A stretch of DNA of 62,867 nt, filler included, from Thraustochytrium aureum (taxonomy: Eukaryota): NCBI GenBank assembly GCA_012862495.1. It is 5 parts of 3 records of this genome, joined end to end, with 100 filler letters (N's around TTAATTAATTAA, not from the genome) between each part and the next. Parts side by side here need not be neighbours in the genome. Positions count along the whole stretch, not along the records: positions 20,457 to 36,212 come from BLSG01000160.1; 4 more parts are not named here. The stretch is one strand, 5' to 3'. The notes below the pieces were generated by a model. That model had not been told where the DNA came from and ran no database searches. It saw only the letters and a program-made list of their open reading frames with translations. The translations under genes and the position numbers were made by a program. This document shows positions 22,295 to 32,558 of this stretch, piece by piece. Within the stretch, counting starts at the first letter, position 1. Each line of letters begins with the position of its first letter.

Positions 22295-23629
22295 ATGAGT
22301 GCTCGCGTGGGCCTCGTGACCACGCTGGCGCTGCCGCGCTCGCGCCCGGCCGAAAGTGCAAGCGTGCTGCGCAGCTTCCTCGAGCACCACAAGGCCGTGG
22401 GCGTGCGCGGGGCCTTCCTGTTCGTCGACAACATCGAGGACTGGGCCGATGCGCAAGACCAGCTCGCCAGCGCCCTCTCTGCCGTCGTTGAAGCCGCGCA
22501 GGGCGCGCAGATGGGCGTGACCGTGCTCGATGCGCGAGCGCGAAGGGAGCAGCAGCCTGCGGTCTGCGAGCTGGCCCACAAGCTGCGCGATAGCCTCGAC
22601 AAGGACGTACCCAGTCGACAACTGGTCAACGCGGAGCACGCGCTGTTCCTGGCGCGGACGCGCTCGCCGCACGGCGGCGCGGCTGCAGGGGCGCGGCTCG
22701 AATGGCTAATCCATATCGACATCGACGAGCTCGTGGTTGCGCAAGAGGGCGTGGCGTCCTTGTTTGGCCGGATGCCGCAGGACGTGTTTGCAGTCCACTT
22801 GGTCAACCACGAAGCCATCCCGGAGCAGGTCGAGGTGGACAACTATTTTGAGCGTGTGCGCCTCTTTCGCCGCAACCACTTGGTCCTGCCGCTGTCAGCC
22901 GCGGCGCTGGCCGGGACGCGAAGATTTCAGGAGCGAACCAACCACGGCCAGTTCTTGCTGTACTACGACAATGGCAAAGCCGCTGCGCGGGTCCAGGAGG
23001 GCGTGGCCCCGCATACTGTGCATTCTTTCCGCGTCCGCCTGGCAGGCGCGTGTGGGCCAACTTTGGGGGATATTAGGTGGCAGCACGGCGCTTGCGCGAG
23101 CGTTGAGGTTCGCCTTGACCTGCGCGCCTGCGTCCTCCACTTTGCCGGGTGCGGGCTCAACTGGCTTGCGGACAAGTACGAGAGGCTGGGCGACTTTGAC
23201 GAGCAGTGGCGCTCGGTGGATGGGGCCGTGGTCCCCATTGCGCCAAGCTTCCACCTCGATTGCAAGCGAGCTTTCGCGCAAGGTCAGCTCGCGGAGCTTT
23301 ACGAGAGCCAGGTGCTCGCGCCCGACCTGGACGAGCAGGCCCTTGCGGCTGGCGGGGTCTTGTTTCGCTGGCCGGGCGAGGCGAACTGGGCCCCGCCCCC
23401 GGTGAGCGAGTCGAGCGGCCTGCTTGCTTCGGTTGGGAAAGGCGGCGCCGAGATTCGCGCAGGCAGTGCGCAAGAAGGCCCTGCTGGAACCGCGTCGCGA
23501 ACCGCTCACTTGCCTGTGGACAAAGCGTTAATCATCAACCAAGTCGCTCTGGCATACCTTGGCCCGCCTGGCCTTGCGGAGAGCGCGCCGCGCGGTGAAA
23601 CGCCGCAACGGCCGGAAGCGAGGGAGTGA
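22295..23629 (+). CDS. GT-A fold glycosyltransferase-like protein (Glyco_tranf_2_4 / KOBITO1-like)
   Basis: FLEHHKAVGV..FLFVD, SRQLVNA, DxD motif WLIHIDIDEL, FLLYYDNGKAAARV. Confidence 0.75.
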   Translation: MSARVGLVTTLALPRSRPAESASVLRSFLEHHKAVGVRGAFLFVDNIEDWADAQDQLASALSAVVEAAQGAQMGVTVLDARARREQQPAVCELAHKLRDSLDKDVPSRQLVNAEHALFLARTRSPHGGAAAGARLEWLIHIDIDELVVAQEGVASLFGRMPQDVFAVHLVNHEAIPEQVEVDNYFERVRLFRRNHLVLPLSAAALAGTRRFQERTNHGQFLLYYDNGKAAARVQEGVAPHTVHSFRVRLAGACGPTLGDIRWQHGACASVEVRLDLRACVLHFAGCGLNWLADKYERLGDFDEQWRSVDGAVVPIAPSFHLDCKRAFAQGQLAELYESQVLAPDLDEQALAAGGVLFRWPGEANWAPPPVSESSGLLASVGKGGAEIRAGSAQEGPAGTASRTAHLPVDKALIINQVALAYLGPPGLAESAPRGETPQRPEARE

Positions 23630-25471
23630 ATCTTGCGTCAATGTTGCAAATGACAGAGTCCCGAGCGTCGCGCTGCTGGGGCCACCGGAGTAGCCGATTG
23701 GGCTATCATGGAAACTTTAGCATTACAATCATTACAGGGCAAGAGGCGGCCTCGCTCTAGCGACGGCGCGCAGCTCTTGNNNNNNNNNNNNNNNNNNNNN
23801 NNNNNNNNNNNNNNNNNNNNNNNNNNNNNNNNNNNNNNNNNNNNNNNNNNNNNNNNNNNNNNNNNNNNNNNNNNNNNNNNNNNNNNNNNNNNNNNNNNNN
23901 NNNNNNNNNNNNNNNNNNNNNNNNNNNNNNNNNNNNNNNNNNNNNNNNNNNNNNNNNNNNNNNNNNNNNNNNNNNNNNNNNNNNNNNNNNNNNNNNNNNN
24001 NNNNNNNNNNNNNNNNNNNNNNNNNNNNNNNNNNNNNNNNNNNNNNNNNNNNNNNNNNNNNNNNNNNNNNNNNNNNNNNNNNNNNNNNNNNNNNNNNNNN
24101 NNNNNNNNNNNNNNNNNNNNNNNNNNNNNNNNNNNNNNNNNNNNNNNNNNNNNNNNNNNNNNNNNNNNNNNNNNNNNNNNNNNNNNNNNNNNNNNNNNNN
24201 NNNNNNNNNNNNNNNNNNNNNNNNNNNNNNNNNNNNNNNNNNNNNNNNNNNNNNNNNNNNNNNNNNNNNNNNNNNNNNNNNNNNNNNNNNNNNNNNNNNN
24301 NNNNNNNNNNNNNNNNNNNNNNNNNNNNNNNNNNNNNNNNNNNNNNNNNNNNNNNNNNNNNNNNNNNNNNNNNNNNNNNNNNNNNNNNNNNNNNNNNNNN
24401 NNNNNNNNNNNNNNGATTGCGCTATTTTCGGCGGAACTATTCCTCGTTCCTCGGCATTCTGGTGGGTTTATTGCTATTTGTACCGCTGTGCGGTTTAGCC
24501 GGTAGTGGTGGATTAATTGCTTGGTGGGGCTCGGGGGGGCGGGCGGCGAAGTGAGGGACACGCGATTGATGGGGCCGATCCGCCGATGCGGTCGATGCCG
24601 TCTCTTCACGCAGGCGGTGGTCACGGGCGTGGAGTGCCGCGATGTGCCAGGGCCTGCCACCGCTGCTGGTGCTGGTGCTGGTGGCGGTGCTGTGTTGTTG
24701 GGTTCGGTCGTGTCGGGGGTTTTACGCGCGAGTTGTTCAGAGTTCAGGCGCTGAATAACGAGATCTCGGAAGCTGCGAGAATGAATGAAATCGACTCGGA
24801 AGGCAGAATCCCGACGCAGCGGTGGGAGGGCAAGTCCGAGGCCTTGCTTGCTGGGCGTCGGGCCTGCGCTCAAGAGGCGCTCTGGGTCGCGAGAGTGCGC
24901 TATGGCGCTGGTCGATGACGGAGCTGTCTGGCGCCGAATTTGCGGCTCGGAAATTTGCCAAGTCGGAAGAGAAACCACCCCCTTGCCAGCGCAGTGGCTG
25001 ATGAGGCGCACGGGCCGGCGCTGTATGCTTGTTTGTTCGATGACGCCGGTGACCTCCAGGCCTCTGACCGGGTTGGTCTCCTCCATTCACGTTGATTTCA
25101 ACTGGGCAGCTGCGAGGAAACCTCGACTACGAAACAGGATGGGGAGCGTCACCACCTCTCCTTGAGCGATCTTCTGCAGGCGCAAGGCGCCGCTATCCGT
25201 GCGGATTGGTCTGGAGGTGCGCGGAGCTGTCCAGGACACAAAGTGACGCCGGACGCACCATGCCCGAGACTTCGTTCGGCAGCCTTCAACTCGAGCTGGG
25301 CACCGGCTGCAATCAACGTCTAGCGCCGGCTGACGGGCGAAGGGCGTTGGTTGGCCGGCTGTGCTCCGCACGGGGAGCCAGCAACACGCGCGTGCGGACC
25401 CCGCGCGAATTTTGGCACAACTAGTTGCTGGAGAAGCAGCATCAGGGCCTGGCAGCGGGCTTGCTGACGAT

Positions 25472-25527
25472 GCTCGCACGAAAGGCAAGGCCCGCACGAA
25501 AGGCAAGGCTCGCACGAAAGGCAAGGG
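25472..25527. repeat. 18-bp tandem repeat (GCACGAAAGGCAAGGCYC) x3
   Basis: Directly visible. Confidence 0.85.
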
Positions 25528-25646
25528 CGACAATTCGACAAGTATTGATTGCACTGCTGTGGCTATTGGGTTGCAAGAGGCGATCCGCCGCGGGGGCCGC
25601 GAGACTGGAGAGTAGTGGCTACAGGGAGTGGAGGAACCAGCCCGCT

Positions 25647-25991
25647 CTAGAGGGCGCTCGCGCCCTCCAAAAGCTTCTTGAGCTCGCCCCGCTTGTGGAG
25701 CGCTTGCGTGTCGTCGCAGCCGCCGATCGACTGGCCCCCGATGAACACGTTGGGCACAGTCCGCTGGCCGGTGAGCTCGGTCGCGCGCCCTGCACCGGGG
25801 ATCTCGTCCGCCTCGAGGATGACCATGTCCTTGATATCATACTGTCCAAGCAGGCCCTTGACGCGAGTGCAGTACGGGCAGTACGTCTTCGAGACCACCA
25901 CCACCTTGTGCTGCGCGAGCGCCGTATCCAGATCCATCTTCACCGCCGCGCTAGCAAGTCCACGGGCCGACCGAGCCGCACTATTTCCCAT
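25647..25991 (-). CDS. Dithiol glutaredoxin (CPYC)
   Basis: SKTYCPYC, TGQRTVPNVFIGG..IGGCDD. Start at ATG 25991 (MGNSAA) or ATG 25937 (MDLD). Confidence 0.95.
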   Translation of the reverse strand: MGNSAARSARGLASAAVKMDLDTALAQHKVVVVSKTYCPYCTRVKGLLGQYDIKDMVILEADEIPGAGRATELTGQRTVPNVFIGGQSIGGCDDTQALHKRGELKKLLEGASAL

Positions 25992-26678
25992 GCGCGCGAT
26001 CCGCCGCCTTTTCCGGTATCCCTCGTCGCTCTGTCGCACTTGCCGATCAACCAATGCGGGTCTGTCTGCTCGTCGTCGAGTCCACCAGCGCGGCGAGGGG
26101 ATCAAAAATCCGAAAACAAACGACCCGCGGGTCAACCTCAAACCTCCGCGCCGCGCTCGGCCAAACTCCCTTCCCGAACGGCCGCGCTCCGCTCCGCGAC
26201 GATTCGCCGACGAACGAGTCGAGAGCGTCGCGAGGATTCTTCGATTGTCGAATAGAAATGCGCCGACTCGCGCTAAAATTCAGCTGCCGCGAGACGCCTG
26301 AGGGTCTACCGAGGATGGCTTCACTCAGTGTCTCACAGGGGAGAAACGTGGAGAAATGAGCGAGGGTGCGTGCGTGCGTGCGTTTGTCCACGACGGAGTA
26401 GGGAAGTGCAGCAGCAGTCGAAGAAGGGCAGCGGCGGGCAACGCACGCGGTCAAGGCCGCGCGGCCGTTTGCGCTGCGGGGAGGCCGCTGGTGTCGCNNN
26501 NNNNNNNNNNNNNNNNNNNNNNNNNNNNNNNNNNNNNNNNNNNNNNNNNNNNNNNNNNNNNNNNNNNNNNNNNNNNNNNNNNNNNNNNNNNNNNNNNNNN
26601 NNNNNNNNNNNNNNNNNNNNNNNNNNNNNNNNNNNNNNNNNNNNNNNNNNNNNNNNNNNNNNNNNNNNNNNNNNNNNN

Positions 26679-27305
26679 GAGGACACAATTACGTGGGACT
26701 CGGACGTCCTAGCGGTGTCCGCGGCGCGCGAGGAGCGGCGCTGCTTCATCAAGGTGCAGGGGTCCAAGGACATCGACGACTGGCTGCACAACGTCGAGTT
26801 CGGCAAGCGTGCCATCTTCTCGCTGGATGGCGCAAAGAAACACGGGTACGGGATGAACGGCTTCGTCAAGGTCTACGCCAACACAAAGCAGGCCGTCATC
26901 AAGCAAGTGCGGGCGCGCTGCTCGCTCGCCAACGACACGGTCGTGGTCACCGGCCACTCGCGCGGCGGCGCTGTCGCACAGGTCTTCAGTGCCGCTCTGT
27001 TCCTCGAAGGCATCGTCCCTCCGGAACGGCTTATGCTGATCACGTTTGGCAGCCCGCGCGTGCTGCGGGGCTCGCTTTCCGACCGCGTGCACGGCAAGTA
27101 TGTGCAGCTGCGGCTCGTCAACCGCGCCGACCCGGTCCCTAGCCTCCCGTACCCAGTGTTCGGTTACCGACACATCGGCGAGATGCGCTGTAACGAGTGC
27201 GGGTACGACGAGCTGCGGGACAGCCCGAGGTTCTCGGCGCGGCTCACGGAGATCGGCGACCACTTTCTCGCTGCATATGTGGCCTGGCTGCAGTCGCTGA
27301 GCTAA
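26679..27305 (+). CDS. Class 3 lipase (5' end in gap)
   Basis: QGSKDIDDW, nucleophile motif VVVTGHSRGGAVA, ITFGSPRV, RLVNRADPVPSLP, GYRHIG, DHFLAAY. Confidence 0.9.
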   Translation, partial: EDTITWDSDVLAVSAAREERRCFIKVQGSKDIDDWLHNVEFGKRAIFSLDGAKKHGYGMNGFVKVYANTKQAVIKQVRARCSLANDTVVVTGHSRGGAVAQVFSAALFLEGIVPPERLMLITFGSPRVLRGSLSDRVHGKYVQLRLVNRADPVPSLPYPVFGYRHIGEMRCNECGYDELRDSPRFSARLTEIGDHFLAAYVAWLQSLS

Positions 27306-27565
27306 TGATCCGCCTGTACCTACATTTGTAATCACAAACCTAATCGTGCGACTCTACTAGAGCTGGTTCGCGACTCTCTCTCTACTATCTACTACTACTA
27401 CTAGCTCGAGAGGGAGATCGTAGCTTCTGAACCCTCTGCTCGCCGCCGCCGGCGGGAAATGCGAAAAGGGAGCGGTGGAGAACGCGATGGTACAGTTTTT
27501 TCGTTAGAGCGCAGGGCGGGCGGGCCACCCTTCCCATGCGCCCTGCACTAGATCTAGCCTGCGGG

Positions 27566-27766
27566 TTACGAGATGATGCAGCACCCGCCGCCGCTGTTAG
27601 GCGCCTGGTGATACGGGTTCTCCTTGGAGGGGTTCACGAGCAGGTCGCTGTCCTGCTTTTCCTTGATGAACTTGACGATCTCCTCGCACGCCTCCTTGGT
27701 CGTGCAGGCTTTCTTCTGGTTTTCCACCTCGTACTCAATCCTCGCGACTTCGTTCTCGGAAGCCAT
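27566..27766 (-). CDS. Heterotrimeric G-protein gamma subunit (GGL domain)
   Basis: 66 aa: N-terminal helix, AC.EIV.FI, D.LV..ENPY, and CaaX box CCIIS. Confidence 0.88.
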   Translation of the reverse strand: MASENEVARIEYEVENQKKACTTKEACEEIVKFIKEKQDSDLLVNPSKENPYHQAPNSGGGCCIIS

Positions 27767-28071
27767 TTCTCACTGCTCCAAAAGCCCAACCCGCGTCAGC
27801 CTGCACATCAGTTCCCGCACGCAACGACGATCACGCGTTAGCCACTCGTTCGCGATGCAATTCACCGCTCGCCCCCGCGCAGCTGTGCCGCCGCCCCTTA
27901 CCGCCGTGCTGCGTCTGTGCGCGCTTGGCATGCGGCTGCTCAACGTACCTCCGCCGCCGCAGCCAGCAAGCCAGCCAACCAGGGCGAGCAAGCCAGCAAG
28001 CCAGCACTCACCGCCACCCACTGCTCGTCCGGGCCCCGCTACCAGCTGCTGAGCGCTCCTCCTGCTCGACC

Positions 28072-28102
28072 TCCTGCTGCTGCTGCTACCGCTGCTGCTG
28101 CC

Positions 28103-28140
<38 letters not shown>
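28072..28140. repeat. (CTG)n trinucleotide microsatellite
   Basis: Directly visible, imperfect. Confidence 0.9.
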
Positions 28141-28141
<1 letters not shown>

Positions 28142-29045
28142 TGAACTGCGACTGCTCGTCGCCGAGGTGTCTGCTTGTGGCGCAGAATGGCACAGAACGC
28201 CACAGAGAGGACTTGGACGAGCGAGCGCCGCGCCGCCGCGCCGTCGCAGTGTGATGTGAGTGCTGCGCCCTTCGCCTCACATGGCGAGCGGGCGTTTCCA
28301 TCACCTGTGAGGCGAGCGGGGCGAGCGGGCCAATCCGTCACAGACGCAGCTCCTTCGTGTTTATCGGGCCGCGAATCGCTCCCCAATCGCGGTGCAATCA
28401 CGGGAATAAAGCGCCAATGGCAGACCAGAGCGACATGAACTGCATGGCGTTGCTCGCGGATTTCGATGGCATTGTGCCAGTGGAGGGCCAGGAGGCACGC
28501 CGCGCACTAGCCAACCCCTCTCCACCGCTTCGATTTGCCCGTTTCAAAGCGCGGGTGGATGGGCCATACGCGTGGGTTTTATTAAATTGCGCCTCTTCCA
28601 GCCTCTGCGCCGGGGGAGGCGGGAGATCCGTTGACCACTTGTAGTCGCTTAGCGTGCGTGTCAACCGCTCTTTGCAGCAATAACGGGATACACGTGGTCG
28701 GGTTTTCCTGCTGGTCAGCGGAACGCGGAAACACCGGGGGTCATCGAGCAGGCTTCGGCAAGAAGGAAGGCACATGGGCATGGCTCGCGAAAGAGCGCTG
28801 GGCCGCGCAAGGGAGAAGGGCTCTTGTGGCTTGGGGGCGACCCGCGTGAGCGGGCATGGCGATGCGAACGACGACACTGCGCCTCTCAGGAGAACGTAGA
28901 GCGTAACCAGCCAAAATTACATAATATTTTCTCGGAGGATGACACCTGCTTGCTAACCTGCAGCGGGGGAAGTGCACAGGCCGCACATCTCGCAGACCGA
29001 GTCGACCCCAAGACGCCCGGCGCTCGACCAATTGCAACAAACCGA

Positions 29046-29369
29046 TCAGCCAGCCAGCGACGGGTTGTCGATGTGCAACTCGACGAGCGGCTGCATGTCT
29101 GTCTCGTTGCCCATCTTAACCGACTTGAGAAACGCAGCAGCGGCAGCAGCCTTCTGTCCCGTATGCAGCAAGCAGAATCCAAGCAAGTGCTGCGCCTCCT
29201 TCAGCGTCTTTTGGCTCCGCAGACAGTTTGCGAGCGCCTCGATACACAGGTGCCACTCCTCCAATTTGTACAGCCCGCGCGCGGCGAACAACCAGGAGAC
29301 CGGCCCATTCGGGTGAAATCCAATCCGCTTGATCAGGACCTCCTTGACGCCATTCACCGGCCCGTCCAT
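29046..29369 (-). CDS. Small TPR-like protein (~107 aa)
   Basis: ATG 29369. Helical TPR-type pattern WLFAARGLYKLEEWHLCIEAL and AQHLLGFCLLHTGQKAAAAAAFLKSV. Confidence 0.65.
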   Translation of the reverse strand: MDGPVNGVKEVLIKRIGFHPNGPVSWLFAARGLYKLEEWHLCIEALANCLRSQKTLKEAQHLLGFCLLHTGQKAAAAAAFLKSVKMGNETDMQPLVELHIDNPSLAG

Positions 29370-30248
29370 CCCACTCTGGCGCGGGAGCCGTCCCGTGGAA
29401 AACCAGCTGCCGCCGATTCCGCTCGCCACAACCGCTGGGGGCTCGCCGCACGTCGCCCCGTAGCCCGCCCTGCCCTGCCCTGCCCTGCCCTGCCCAGCCC
29501 CGCCTGGCACAGCACACCACGCGTACGCCGACGCGCCCGCCGCCCCGCCCCGCCGCGCGGCCCGCCTCGCTCGCCNNNNNNNNNNNNNNNNNNNNNNNNN
29601 NNNNNNNNNNNNNNNNNNNNNNNNNNNNNNNNNNNNNNNNNNNNNNNNNNNNNNNNNNNNNNNNNNNNNNNNNNNNNNNNNNNNNNNNNNNNNNNNNNNN
29701 NNNNNNNNNNNNNNNNNNNNNNNNNNNNNNNNNNNNNNNNNNNNNNNNNNNNNNNNNNNNNNNNNNNNNNNNNNNNNNNNNNNNNNNNNNNNNNNNNNNN
29801 NNNNNNNNNNNNNNNNNNNNNNNNNNNNNNNNNNNNNNNNNNNNNNNNNNNNNNNNNNNNNNNNNNNNNNNNNNNNNNNNNNNNNNNNNNNNNNNNNNNN
29901 NNNNNNNNNNNNNNNNNNNNNNNNNNNNNNNNNNNNNNNNNNNNNNNNNNNNNNNNNNNNNNNNNNNNNNNNNNNNNNNNNNNNNNNNNNNNNNNNNNNN
30001 NNNNNNNNNNNNNNNNNNNNNNNNNNNNNNNNNNNNNNNNNNNNNNNNNNNNNNNNNNNNNNNNNNNNNNNNNNNNNNNNNNNNNNNNNNNGTCGTCGAT
30101 TGGACCTGGCGAGGCGCTGCGCTGGCGGGCGGGCTCTGTCGCTGGCCCTGGGTTGGGTTGCGAGGCAGCCGGTTGGGGCGTGGGGACGCGAGCGAGTCGG
30201 GCCGCCGGCCGCCTCGCGGTTAGCCGCCGCGGTTCGTAGCGAGGCGAG

Positions 30249-32033
30249 ATGGAGGCCAGCGTCGCCGAGCTGCGCAAGAGGTTCGGGAGGGATACAGCCT
30301 ACCTGCGCGAGACGTACGTGAACGAGCTCGAGTACTTTGGGAGCGACAGGTCGTCCGAGGAAAACTATGTCGAAGAAAACCCCAGCACAATCGAGCTCGA
30401 CACGACCTGCGAAATCTCGCTGAGCTCGGTCTCAACGCTGGTCAGCAAAAGCCAGCAGATGAACATCACCCACCGGGAAGGCGGGTGGCCCAAGGACGTC
30501 GACCCCCTGGAAAAGGCAGACGTCGGCCGCTTTCGCAAAAAGGTCGAAAAAACAGACGACTTTAAGCAGTCCATCAAAGGTCTCGGCCCCGTGATAGAAC
30601 GCGCCGCGATGCAAAACAACACGATCGACATTTATGAGGAGTACTTTGAAGGCACCTGGATCGACCACAGCAGCGAGCCGCCCTCCGCCAAGGGCCTCGC
30701 CGTGTTCCGCGACCCAAGCGACATCCGACGTACAGCCAGTAGCATCGACTGGCAACCCGACAGCAACCGCCTCGCCGTCACGTACAGCGTTCTCAAGTTC
30801 CAGGACTCGCGCTTCCTGGGCGACTGCGCGGCCCTCCCAATGCAGTCGTACATCTGGGACGTCACGAATCCCAACACGCCAGAAATGGAGCTCCTGCCCA
30901 GCTCGCCGCTCTGCTGCCTCCGCTACAACCCCAAGGTTCCCGAACAGCTCGTAGGCGGGTGCTACAACGGCTTGCTCACGTTTTTCGATCTGCGGAAAAG
31001 CGGCTCCAAGCCGTGCGAGACCAGCGTGATCGAAAACTCGCACCACGACCCCGTCTATGACGCGTACTGGATCTCCTCCAAAACGGGCAACCTCTGCGCC
31101 TCGGTCTCCACAGACGGCCAGATGCTCTGGTGGGACACGCGCCGCCTGCGCGAGCCGCTCGACCGCATCGAGCTGAACACAGGCAAGCACCCGCACCTCC
31201 CAGAGACGACACTGGGCGGCAGCTCGATGGAGTACTCGCAAGAGTCGGGTCCCTCCAAGTACCTCATCGGAACCGAGCAAGGCGTTGTCATGTCCGTCAA
31301 CTTGCGCAACAAAAAGACCAACAACGGCATCACGGTCTACGACACCATGTCCGGCCGCCACCACGGGCCAATCTGCTCGATCAAGCGCAACCCGGTGCAC
31401 TCCAAGTTCTTCATGACCGTTGGTGACTGGACCGCACGAATCTGGATGGAGGACCTGAAAACACCAATCCTCACGACCAAGTACCACCCGGCCTACCTCA
31501 CAGCGGGCTGCTGGAGCCCGACCCGGCCGGGCGTCTTCTTCGTCACGCGCGAGGACGGCGTCGTCGACGTCTGGGACTACTTTTACCGTCAGTCGGATCT
31601 TGCATACTCGCACAAGGTCTCGGACGCCCCGCTCTCGTCCATCTCGGTGCACTCCAACGGCAAGCTCGTCGGCATTGGCGACCAGAACGGGACCGTGTCG
31701 CTGCTGCAGGTTTGCGACTCGCTCGCGGTGCAGCAGAGCAACGAAAAGCTCGCCATCTCGGGCATGTTTGAGCGCGAGACCAAGCGCGAGAAGAACCTCG
31801 AGGTGCGCTCCAAGGAAATTGCTCGCAAGCAGCAAAAGGTCAAGCAGCAGCTCGTGCAGCAAAAGGCGAGCGAGACGGACGAGCAGGCAGCTGCAGACAT
31901 GGCCAAGGTGCTGCAAAAGCTGGACGAGGACTTTCTCTCCATTGTGCAGAGCGGTGGAAACGAAGAGCCCGGGGCGGGGCCAGCAGGAGCGGGCGCGGCT
32001 GGCGCTGACCAGCAGGAGCGCAAGATTGACTAG
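30249..32033 (+). CDS. DNAI2: Axonemal outer-arm dynein intermediate chain 2 (IC2/ODA6)
   Basis: HREGGWPKDVD, RFRKKVEK, QNNTIDIYEEYF, VFRDP, SHHDPVY, STDGQMLWWDTR, GTEQG, HHGPI..I.RNP, FMTVGDWTARIW, WSPTRPGVF, MFERETKREK.LE. Confidence 0.95.
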   Translation: MEASVAELRKRFGRDTAYLRETYVNELEYFGSDRSSEENYVEENPSTIELDTTCEISLSSVSTLVSKSQQMNITHREGGWPKDVDPLEKADVGRFRKKVEKTDDFKQSIKGLGPVIERAAMQNNTIDIYEEYFEGTWIDHSSEPPSAKGLAVFRDPSDIRRTASSIDWQPDSNRLAVTYSVLKFQDSRFLGDCAALPMQSYIWDVTNPNTPEMELLPSSPLCCLRYNPKVPEQLVGGCYNGLLTFFDLRKSGSKPCETSVIENSHHDPVYDAYWISSKTGNLCASVSTDGQMLWWDTRRLREPLDRIELNTGKHPHLPETTLGGSSMEYSQESGPSKYLIGTEQGVVMSVNLRNKKTNNGITVYDTMSGRHHGPICSIKRNPVHSKFFMTVGDWTARIWMEDLKTPILTTKYHPAYLTAGCWSPTRPGVFFVTREDGVVDVWDYFYRQSDLAYSHKVSDAPLSSISVHSNGKLVGIGDQNGTVSLLQVCDSLAVQQSNEKLAISGMFERETKREKNLEVRSKEIARKQQKVKQQLVQQKASETDEQAAADMAKVLQKLDEDFLSIVQSGGNEEPGAGPAGAGAAGADQQERKID

Positions 32034-32419
32034 TTTAGCCTCCCACTCGCGAGGGTGCGATCTGCCCTCCGCAGATTGCTGCGCCTAATTTGCTTGCTTC
32101 TCGAGATCTCTGCTGCTCTTTGGGCAGAGTCGGGGACAATCCGACAGCTTGAGGTTCTTGCAAGGGCTCGGGCCACCTGGCGGGTGGCGTTCAGCTTTTC
32201 AAAGCGTGCGCGTGTGTGCTCGAGCGCAATCGTTGGTCCCGATACCTTGATGACGCTGGCGCAGGAAGGGCTCGAGCCGACCTCCAAGCAGACCTGCGCC
32301 GTGGGCTGCACCCAGGCTGTCCCCGGAGGGGGGCCTGCTGCGGTTTCTCATTCACGAATCAACGAACAGCGATTGACCAAGGGTGAATCAAAAAACACAA
32401 TCTCGTTCCATCTTCCCTC

Positions 32420-32537
32420 CTCTTTCCTTCAAAGCTCTACACCACGCGCAGGAAACCACCTCTTTCCTTCAAAGCTCTACACCACGCGCAGGAAACCACC
32501 TCTTTCCTTCAAAGCTCTACACCACGCGCAGGAAACC
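32420..32537. repeat. 40-bp perfect tandem repeat, about 3 copies
   Basis: CTCTTTCCTTCAAAGCTCTACACCACGCGCAGGAAACCAC repeated about 20 bp downstream of the minus-strand ODA-DC stop codon. Confidence 0.95.
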
Positions 32538-32558
32538 CTGGAGACGCAAAAGCTAGAC

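Noticed and set aside
23638..25554. Long minus-strand ORFs (482 aa across a gap, and 155 aa)
   Set aside because: No domain-like composition, and length is inflated by Ns and high GC. Cannot be supported as CDS.
15808..27766. 7TM genes and G-gamma as a physically linked signalling cluster
   Set aside because: An artificial linker at 20357-20456 separates them, so linkage is unsupported.
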